Source of the DNA: an uncultured virus (IMG/VR IMGVR_UViG_3300033146_000958)
Taxonomy: Duplodnaviria; Heunggongvirae; Uroviricota; Caudoviricetes
Reading direction: 5' to 3' (one strand)
DNA length: 20,000 nt
IMG/VR virus record: IMGVR_UViG_3300033146_000958
Position numbers and translations under genes: made by a program
The notes under the pieces: model-generated
Databases searched by the model: none
Seen by the model: the letters and a program-made list of their open reading frames with translations, nothing else
Told to the model about the DNA's origin: nothing
Part shown: one piece after another, positions 9,167 through 16,387 of the stretch
Layout of the letters: each line of letters starts with the position of its first letter
How positions within the stretch are numbered: position 1 is the stretch's first letter

Positions 9167-9272
9167 ATTAAGAATACCTATTCCACCACCAGGACATTCA
9201 TGGTCTAAGAAAGATTATAATAGAAAAGAGGGTAAAAAAATTCCCTCTTATTCTTTTTTTATATATCTTTAA
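9135..9272 (+). CDS. Small basic peptide (45 aa), candidate ArfA/BrfA-like ribosome-rescue factor (not in the ORF track)
   Basis: AAGGAG RBS at about 9122-9127 then MKKKRRRKIPKLRIPIPPPGHSWSKKDYNRKEGKKIPSYSFFIYL*. KKDYNRK resembles ArfA KKGKGSYxRK; a terminator-like hairpin lies inside the 3' end. Confidence 0.5.
   Translation: MKKKRRRKIPKLRIPIPPPGHSWSKKDYNRKEGKKIPSYSFFIYL
9222..9260. terminator. Terminator-like hairpin at the convergence point, inside the 9135-9272 ORF
   Basis: AGAA-AAGAGGG (9222-9232) / CCCTCTT-A-TTCT (9243-9254) followed by T6 (9255-9260). Confidence 0.6.
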
Positions 9273-9576
9273 GGAGTTTCCATTTTATTTGTTCATATTG
9301 TTTTATAGGAACTATTTCAATTATAGAAAATTGATTTATATTAATATTCATTAATCTTTTTTGTTTAGTATTATAATATTTAATTACTAACAAACCGGGT
9401 ATAGAATAATTATCAGGATCAATTAAAATCAATCGTTCAATTAATCCAGTTATCCATCTTCCTTTTCCTCCACACCTATAATTGACTTTACAAACCTGAT
9501 TAATAAAACTTTTAATATTATCTCTTTCTTCAATAATTTTTTTTGCGGCAGGTAATAATTCAGAATCAGATTTCAT
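9259..9576 (-). CDS. Hypothetical protein
   Basis: 105-aa ORF overlapping the upstream gene; GGAGA RBS. Confidence 0.6.
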   Translation of the reverse strand: MKSDSELLPAAKKIIEERDNIKSFINQVCKVNYRCGGKGRWITGLIERLILIDPDNYSIPGLLVIKYYNTKQKRLMNININQFSIIEIVPIKQYEQIKWKLLKDI

Positions 9577-9883
9577 TTTTAATTCTCCATATTATAAAAT
9601 CAGATTTTTCAGCCTTTGAAATTTTTTTAACATCATCATATGAAATTCGTGATATTCTCATACTTTCATCATTCTTACAAATAAATAAACCTTCTACATA
9701 TCCACTAATTTCCAAATCATGATTCTGACCTAAATATCCAAAATATATATCAGTATATGTTTCTAATAGTACCAGATTACCATTTAAATTATTATCTAAC
9801 ATTTTTTGAATTGATTCTATTTTAGTCATATACTCATCTATTTCATCTGCTGCGGTAGGATATATAATTGGCGCACCATACAT
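9566..9883 (-). CDS. Hypothetical protein
   Basis: 105-aa ORF starting 3 bp after the clamp loader stop. Confidence 0.6.
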   Translation of the reverse strand: MYGAPIIYPTAADEIDEYMTKIESIQKMLDNNLNGNLVLLETYTDIYFGYLGQNHDLEISGYVEGLFICKNDESMRISRISYDDVKKISKAEKSDFIIWRIKNEI

Positions 9884-9886
9884 ATT

Positions 9887-10852
9887 TTATTTACTTTTAA
9901 ATAATTGTATATATTCCTTCCCAGCTGCGATAATTTCTAATATCATCGCCTGAAAATGAATAGGAGGTATAGCGCATGATTGATGTCCATTTGCAAATTT
10001 ATTCACTTTAATTTTTGCCCAAGGAGATAACGCAGATTTAAATAAATCATCATAAATAGATCTATAATCAGGTTCTCTATCACTAGTTAATATTTTTTGA
10101 AGTGCAGACATATTTCTATTAACAATAGTTTTTTCATCATCTCTTCCTAATGATTCACATATATCTGTAATCAATCCAAGAATCTTTTTTTCTTCAGTAG
10201 CGATTTTATTCGATGTGATTCCTTTTAATTTTCCGTTCACCGTATATTTTTGTAATGTATTAACAACTTTTCTTATATCAGGATACAAGGCTTTAATAGT
10301 CACTTTTATTGCAGAATCTTCATATTCTATTTTTTCTCCATCCAAAATTTTCTTACAATATTCCATTGCAAATTCTTCTGATATTTTATCAAATTGAAAA
10401 TCTTGAAATCTTGATTTTAATGGATCGGATAATTTAGATGCATAATTACATGTGAATAACCATCTTACATTATCTTCATATTTTTCAATACTTCCACGTA
10501 ACATCGCTTGTGCATTAGCAGTAAGATAATCAGCCTCATCAATAAATATAATTTTAATATTCGATGATAATGGAGGAGTAGAACAAAATCCTTTTAGATC
10601 TCTAACATCATTAATCCCATTTGCGTCTGATCCATTTAATATCATTACATCATGATCATGACCCAATACAACATCTACTAATATTCTTGCTATAGTAGTT
10701 TTACCACTACCAGGAGGACCATAAAGAAGAGTATGTGGAATTGTTTTTTTCTTAATACATTCATCAAAAAAATTTCTTTGTTCATCATTAAGAATCACAT
10801 CTTCCACTGTAGTAGGTCTATATTTTTCTACCCATAATCTATTTTCAGTCAT
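9887..10852 (-). CDS. Clamp loader AAA+ subunit (RFC small subunit / T4 gp44-like)
   Basis: LWVEKYRP, Walker A GPPGSGKTT, LNGSD..GI..VR, Walker B IIFIDEAD, AQA.LR, TCNY, LKSRF (Arg finger), DIRKVVNTLQ. Confidence 0.95.
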   Translation of the reverse strand: MTENRLWVEKYRPTTVEDVILNDEQRNFFDECIKKKTIPHTLLYGPPGSGKTTIARILVDVVLGHDHDVMILNGSDANGINDVRDLKGFCSTPPLSSNIKIIFIDEADYLTANAQAMLRGSIEKYEDNVRWLFTCNYASKLSDPLKSRFQDFQFDKISEEFAMEYCKKILDGEKIEYEDSAIKVTIKALYPDIRKVVNTLQKYTVNGKLKGITSNKIATEEKKILGLITDICESLGRDDEKTIVNRNMSALQKILTSDREPDYRSIYDDLFKSALSPWAKIKVNKFANGHQSCAIPPIHFQAMILEIIAAGKEYIQLFKSK

Positions 10853-10866
10853 TTATCCAATCTCCT

Positions 10867-11496
10867 TTATTTAAGTTTAATAATATCATATTCACCATTC
10901 ACTATATATTTATATTTTTTCACAAATTCAAAAAGTGCTTTCTCTACTCTAACATCTTGTAAGTTATATTGCCATAATTCTCTCATTCTACCATCTTTAT
11001 ATTTTTGAGGTGCCTGTGAACCATTACCTAATTTAGTAAATTGGTTTCCTAATGTATTACGACTAATTACATCAAGATTCCAAACGCCTCGTACATGTAA
11101 ATATTTTGCGTTCCCTTGTTGTTTTAATACATTTACTATATTATCATCATCAAAAAAACTTCTCCATATTTCTGCTGATATATCATAATTATGAAAACCT
11201 ATTTTTTCCCCAAATGGAGATCCTTCTGTATAACCATTTGATTTGATAATTCTATCGTTTCCCAATAACACTCTAGAATCAAAATTAATTCCATTAAATG
11301 TTATTGCTAAATTTCCACTCATAAATTTCAAAAGATTTTTATGTTCTTCTACTGTATCACCAAAAAAATGATATGCATTATCATCATAACAATAACATAC
11401 ACATGAAGATATTTTCATACCAAATACATCATTCCATCCATCTTTTAATTCATCTGCAAAAATCTGAGTCTCTACATCGTACACTATCTTCTTCAC
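10867..11496 (-). CDS. DEDD 3'-5' exonuclease, RNase H-like (YprB/MrfB-like)
   Basis: IVYDVETQ (ExoI), TFNGINFD (ExoII), YNLQDV (ExoIII); GTG start with AGGAGG RBS. Confidence 0.85.
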   Translation of the reverse strand: MKKIVYDVETQIFADELKDGWNDVFGMKISSCVCYCYDDNAYHFFGDTVEEHKNLLKFMSGNLAITFNGINFDSRVLLGNDRIIKSNGYTEGSPFGEKIGFHNYDISAEIWRSFFDDDNIVNVLKQQGNAKYLHVRGVWNLDVISRNTLGNQFTKLGNGSQAPQKYKDGRMRELWQYNLQDVRVEKALFEFVKKYKYIVNGEYDIIKLK

Positions 11497-11621
11497 CGTT
11501 TAACCTCCTTTTATTTTTATTCTACTATAGAAAAAGAGATATCATAATTTTATAAAATATGATTCATTTGATATATTAATGAACAAAATTAAAATATATC
11601 AATATCTAATTAGGAGGAATC

Positions 11622-11837
11622 ATGCCTGAAATCGAAACTTTAGTTGGAAAAACTATATGGTTAGATGTTGGAGATGATAATATGAGTAAAGTTTATATTG
11701 AATCATTTGATGAGTGCAAAGTATTTTGTATTTTTATTAATGAAAAAATTGATCACTCATTTGGTATATTACAAATGGATGTTTTTAAGAAAGGATTTAT
11801 TAGTATAATAGATGATTATAGTTATTGTCCAAATTAA
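11622..11837 (+). CDS. Hypothetical protein
   Basis: 71-aa ORF with a strong AGGAGG RBS; first gene of the rightward operon. Confidence 0.7.
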   Translation: MPEIETLVGKTIWLDVGDDNMSKVYIESFDECKVFCIFINEKIDHSFGILQMDVFKKGFISIIDDYSYCPN

Positions 11838-11855
11838 CAAAAAAGGAGATTAAAA

Positions 11856-12239
11856 ATGAAAACAATTTATCTTGCCGGACCAATGTTAGGTTTTTCATAT
11901 GAAGAGATGAATGATTGGAGATCATATATATCTAATAAATTTCTGAAACAATATAATTTTATTAACCCTGCAAGACGTTTATACGATGAACATAAAAGTA
12001 AATTCTTAGTAGAAAATGATAAACGTGAAATAGATTTATCTGATATATTATTAGTTAATCATATAATTCCAAGTGATGGAACAGCTATGGAAATATTATA
12101 TGCATGGGAAAGAAAAAAATATATATTAGTAATCATCGAAGGCGTTTATAGTCCTTGGATTAAATATCATTCTAATCATATTGTAAAAAATATTGATGAA
12201 GCAATAAATTTTTTGAAAGATAACCACTCAACATTATAA
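11856..12239 (+). CDS. Nucleoside 2-deoxyribosyltransferase / dNMP N-glycosidase family protein (NDT/DNPH1-like)
   Basis: TIYLAGPM, FINP, D.REI..SDILLV, SDGTAMEILYAW...K.I (the E is the family nucleophile). Confidence 0.8.
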   Translation: MKTIYLAGPMLGFSYEEMNDWRSYISNKFLKQYNFINPARRLYDEHKSKFLVENDKREIDLSDILLVNHIIPSDGTAMEILYAWERKKYILVIIEGVYSPWIKYHSNHIVKNIDEAINFLKDNHSTL

Positions 12240-12293
12240 GAATAAATATAAATTGGTATAAGTTATTTCTTTCAACATCTCAAAGGAGATTAA

Positions 12294-15200
12294 ATGATAA
12301 TTAGAAAATCATATGGAAATTGTAAAAATTGTAGATTATTGGAATCAGAAAGTTGTATACTCGAAACAAATACAGGAAAAAATCTTAATGAGACTGAAAT
12401 TTTATTTATCGCAGAAAACCCAGGAAAAGATGAAGTTATTGAAGGACGTCCATTAGTTGGAAAATCTGGTAAAGAATTCAGAACACATTTTGATAAATAT
12501 TTTAAAGATGATTTCAAATGGACTATTTCTAATTGTGTGTTATGTTTAACATTAAAACCTAATGGAAATACGGGAAATCCAACTAAAGAAGATATTGAAA
12601 ATTGTAAACCAAATATATTTAAATTAGTTAAAACATGTAATCCAAAAATTATATTTCTTATGGGTAGTACTCCTATGAGTTTATTTGGAATTGCAAAATC
12701 AGGTATTATAACTAAATCATATCAATATTATGAGTGGAATAATAGAAAAATATATTTAGTTCCTCATCCATCATACATATCAAACTATTGTCATAAACCA
12801 GAAGAGAAAAAAAATTATTCAAAAGGATTTCTAGAAGTCAGACAGTTTTTAGGAAAGGGAGATCCAGATGATGAATTTGATTTAAATAATCTTCTTCTGG
12901 ATAACGATGAAGAAGAAAATATAGTTGAAATTCAGTCAGAAAAGAAAGATAAAACAATCATAAAAGAAGGTTCTGATGATGATCAATATAATAACCATAA
13001 TATCTTCAATCCTACTTTAAACACATTTACTCTACCAGAAAAATTCTATACAAAAAAATACAGATTAATTGATTGTCAATATATATCTAAACAAGATAGG
13101 TTATTTTTTATATTCAGAGATGATAATAATGAAAAAATATTTTATGAACCACCACGAGTATCAAATAACTATTACTACTATAAAACTAATGGTACAGGTA
13201 AATGTATTGAAAATATAAAAGATTTACAATTAATTAATTGTAATTATAAAGAAAGAAAACAAAATCAAGAATGTTATGGAAGTGATGTTCCATTAGAAAA
13301 TCTACATTGTGTTGATTATTATCTTCAAAATAAAGAAGATGCGACAATTATAAAAAGAAATATTCTCTTTCTTGATATTGAAGTTTTTACATATGGAGAT
13401 AGATCCTTCCCTACTCCTGATAAAGCATTATTTCCTATTGACTTAATATCATTCGCTATCGATGATGGTGAAATTCAAACATTTTTATTAAAACTTGATG
13501 AAATAGATCCTCGTATAGATGATGTATTAGAAAAAAGAAAAAATTGGAATATTACTGTTTTTAATAATGAAAGTGAAATGTTGAGAGAATTCGCAAATAC
13601 TCTTAAAACTTTATCACCTGATATCATGAGCGCTTGGAATTTACCGTTTGATATAGGTTATATTTTTAATAGAATGAGAAGATTAAATGTTAATCCAAAT
13701 CAATTATCTCCATTTGATAATTGTTGGATTGACACACGAAATAATAATTGTTTGATTAGTGGTTTTGTTCTTGTAGATATGTTGGATTTATATAAAACAT
13801 TTAGTCAAAATCAAGAAGTGAGTAATACACTTCAAGCGATTTCAATGAAAGAACTAGGTGTTGGTAAATTACAAACATCTGTTCCTTTGATTGAAGAATA
13901 TACTAAATCGATAGATGAACATATAGAATATAATAGAGTTGATGTTCAACGAATTCAACAAATTAATAATCAAGTAAGACATATTGAGATGATGGATGAA
14001 TTAAGAAAAACATCTACTACATCATGGAAAGGCGCTTCTTCAACCATTGGACAGTCTGATGGTTTGTTTTTAACTAATTTGAAAAAACGTGGGATGTATC
14101 CGAAAAATAGAAATGACCATCCAGAAAAAAGATCTATTCCTGGTGCATATGTAAAACAACCCATTGGAGGTATTTATGAATATATGTGTGACTGGGATTT
14201 TAGTTCTTTGTATCCTAATCTTGTAAGAAGTTATAATATAGGACCAAATACTTATTTATGTAAAATAGATAAAGAATTAGCACGGTTAATTATATATGAA
14301 AATTATATAGAAAAAAATCCGGATATGATGGTTACTGTTTGGTGGGATCCAGTTCATAAAAATAGTAAAGAAAATATGACTCTAAAAGAATTAAATAATA
14401 GAATCAATGAATATAAAGGAATTATAAATATTTCAGGTTGTATTTTTAAAGGACATGAAATAGAACAATCAATATTTTTTGAAATTTATAATTTTCTTCT
14501 TGAAAATAGAAAATTATATAAGAAAGAAAAATTTGAAGCCGGTAAACGTGGTGATAAAATAGAAGAAAAAGTATTTGATAATAAACAATGGGCATTAAAA
14601 ATTTTAGCTAATTCTCTTTATGGCGTTTTGTTAAATGAATATTTTAGATTTTATAATGCAGATCTTGGTGAGTCAATTACATTGGGTGGTCAAGAGGCAA
14701 TTAGATTTTCAGGTTATCACTTAAATAAATATATGGAAGATGGTAAATGGACTATTGATGTCGCATACTGGAAAAAAGTAGAAGAAGAATTATCATATCT
14801 TACATATATAGATACAGATTCATTATTTGTTCGTATTGGTGATTATTTAAAAGATAAAAAAAATATAAAAGAATTGAATGATGAAAAAATTTTAGATGGT
14901 GTTAAAAATCTTGATCCAATTCTTAATAATGAGATTCTTGGTGAATTTATTAAATTACATAATATTCCAAAAGAGTACTCATATCTAGATCTGAAACAAG
15001 AAATCATCGCTGATAAAGCCTATTTTTTAAGTAGTAAAAAACGTTATGCATTACATATTACAAATCAAGAAGGATATGAAAAAGATAAAATTGATATAAA
15101 AGGAATTGAAACTAGAAGAAGTGATTATCCTGAAATAACAAAAGAAATGATAACTAAAATTTTAGATATGATTTTGAAAAATAAAGAATTAGATGTAGAT

Positions 15201-15629
15201 GAAGTTTTAGATTATGTAGATAAAATTAGAACCAGGGTTACTGAATTGGCACATGATGGTGATAAATCAGTTGCAAGACCTGCATCATGGGCAAAACCAT
15301 TAAAAGAATATAAGTCAGTTCCTGATAATGTTCGTGGTATGCAACTTTGGAATAGTATAGTTTATAATGTTTTTAAACATGGTAGTAAAGGATCTAAATT
15401 TAATATTCTTGCGATAGATGATGAAAAGGCTCCGGATTTTGTTAAAGAAAATTTATCTACTAAAACTATTAAAAGAGAGAAAGTAGTTGTAATTCCAGAA
15501 GAAGTGGATAAATTACCAGAATATTTTATTCCTGATGTTAAAAAAATTGTAGCGTTTTCTGTAGATGATAGAGTGGATTTATTATTAGAACCTTTATTAC
15601 ATAAAAGTGATGATATGTTATTATTTTAA
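12294..15629 (+). CDS. Family B DNA polymerase with N-terminal family-4 uracil-DNA glycosylase domain
   Basis: UDG4: CKNC.L, ILFIAENPG..E...GRPLVGKSG, SNCVLC, P...I.NC, P.II..MG, HPSY. PolB: FLDIEV (ExoI), AWN..FD..Y (ExoII), YN..DV (ExoIII), DFSSLYPN (A), K..ANSLYG (B), YIDTDS (C), KKRY. Confidence 0.95.
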   Translation: MIIRKSYGNCKNCRLLESESCILETNTGKNLNETEILFIAENPGKDEVIEGRPLVGKSGKEFRTHFDKYFKDDFKWTISNCVLCLTLKPNGNTGNPTKEDIENCKPNIFKLVKTCNPKIIFLMGSTPMSLFGIAKSGIITKSYQYYEWNNRKIYLVPHPSYISNYCHKPEEKKNYSKGFLEVRQFLGKGDPDDEFDLNNLLLDNDEEENIVEIQSEKKDKTIIKEGSDDDQYNNHNIFNPTLNTFTLPEKFYTKKYRLIDCQYISKQDRLFFIFRDDNNEKIFYEPPRVSNNYYYYKTNGTGKCIENIKDLQLINCNYKERKQNQECYGSDVPLENLHCVDYYLQNKEDATIIKRNILFLDIEVFTYGDRSFPTPDKALFPIDLISFAIDDGEIQTFLLKLDEIDPRIDDVLEKRKNWNITVFNNESEMLREFANTLKTLSPDIMSAWNLPFDIGYIFNRMRRLNVNPNQLSPFDNCWIDTRNNNCLISGFVLVDMLDLYKTFSQNQEVSNTLQAISMKELGVGKLQTSVPLIEEYTKSIDEHIEYNRVDVQRIQQINNQVRHIEMMDELRKTSTTSWKGASSTIGQSDGLFLTNLKKRGMYPKNRNDHPEKRSIPGAYVKQPIGGIYEYMCDWDFSSLYPNLVRSYNIGPNTYLCKIDKELARLIIYENYIEKNPDMMVTVWWDPVHKNSKENMTLKELNNRINEYKGIINISGCIFKGHEIEQSIFFEIYNFLLENRKLYKKEKFEAGKRGDKIEEKVFDNKQWALKILANSLYGVLLNEYFRFYNADLGESITLGGQEAIRFSGYHLNKYMEDGKWTIDVAYWKKVEEELSYLTYIDTDSLFVRIGDYLKDKKNIKELNDEKILDGVKNLDPILNNEILGEFIKLHNIPKEYSYLDLKQEIIADKAYFLSSKKRYALHITNQEGYEKDKIDIKGIETRRSDYPEITKEMITKILDMILKNKELDVDEVLDYVDKIRTRVTELAHDGDKSVARPASWAKPLKEYKSVPDNVRGMQLWNSIVYNVFKHGSKGSKFNILAIDDEKAPDFVKENLSTKTIKREKVVVIPEEVDKLPEYFIPDVKKIVAFSVDDRVDLLLEPLLHKSDDMLLF

Positions 15630-15645
15630 TTAAAAAAAAGAATAT

Positions 15646-15690
15646 AAAAGAGTCCAAATCTATTAACTTATATAGATTTGGACTCTTTTT
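15646..15690. terminator. Bidirectional intrinsic terminator between polB and the convergent gene
   Basis: 18-bp perfect stem AAAAGAGTCCAAATCTAT (15646-15663) / ATAGATTTGGACTCTTTT (15672-15689). Confidence 0.85.
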
Positions 15691-15701
15691 AATATTAATA
15701 A

Positions 15702-16055
15702 TTATTTTTCTCTACACATTAAATAAACCATTAAAAATACAACACACGCAACTAAACCACCGGTTGAAAACAATCCTTTTGATACAATATTTGTAGATTC
15801 AGATGTGAAAAGAAATTGAGTTCTTTCCCATAATGTTGTGTTATTAACAGAGTAATTCAACATCAATAATACTGTAACAATCGTCGCAAGAGATGTCATA
15901 ACCAATCTCTTGATCCACTTCACTTTTTTCTTCAATTCCATTACAACATTCTGTAATTCAAGTGTTGCGGCAGCAGATGATGCTTCTGATGATGTTTCTG
16001 GTTCCACTATTGTCCCAGTTTCATCTGCTACAAATACTTCATTTTCGTTTGTCAT
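15702..16055 (-). CDS. Membrane protein with two predicted transmembrane segments
   Basis: Acidic N-terminus, short coiled coil, hydrophobic segments LVMTSLATIVTVLLMLNY and GLVACVVFLMVYLM; GGAGGA RBS. Confidence 0.7.
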   Translation of the reverse strand: MTNENEVFVADETGTIVEPETSSEASSAAATLELQNVVMELKKKVKWIKRLVMTSLATIVTVLLMLNYSVNNTTLWERTQFLFTSESTNIVSKGLFSTGGLVACVVFLMVYLMCREK

Positions 16056-16266
16056 AATTTAAATCCTCCAATAAAATTAATAATAAATAATTATAATCCT
16101 TATTTCATAATAAGAATCACCCAATAAAACTACCTAAACTAATTAACTGATTTAAAATAAATATATATAATAAATCCATACCATTCAAAGTAGGCAATTA
16201 TTATATATATATACTTATAGAAATCCTCCTTTCAAAAGATTAATAATTTATTAATATTTACCATTA

Positions 16267-16290
16267 ATATATATAGTATAAAAAGTCCAT
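16267..16290 (-). promoter_or_regulatory. Conserved 24-bp upstream element, copy 2 (before the 16055 membrane-protein gene)
   Basis: Minus strand reads ATGGACTTTTTATACTATATATAT. Confidence 0.6.
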
Positions 16291-16387
16291 TCAAACCAAC
16301 CAATTCCTACTGTTTTTAATTAAAAAAGTATGAACAAATTATAAATAGATTTTCAACACATCTCTTAAATGAGAAAGGAAATAGTAT

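Noticed and set aside
12294..15629. Intein or intron explaining the large PolB
   Set aside because: The extra length is accounted for by the UDG domain and linker; motifs A, B and C are contiguous and no intein termini or LAGLIDADG motifs were seen.
16100..16235. Small minus-strand gene behind the AAAGGAGGA RBS-like sequence at about 16224-16232
   Set aside because: No ATG, GTG or TTG at suitable spacing; a hydrophobic open frame exists but has no supportable start.
305..16345. AR9-type uracil-dependent late promoter (AACA-N6-TA/G) implying a uracil genome
   Set aside because: The AACA-containing motifs are not followed by TA/TG at the required position, and several copies have AATA instead.
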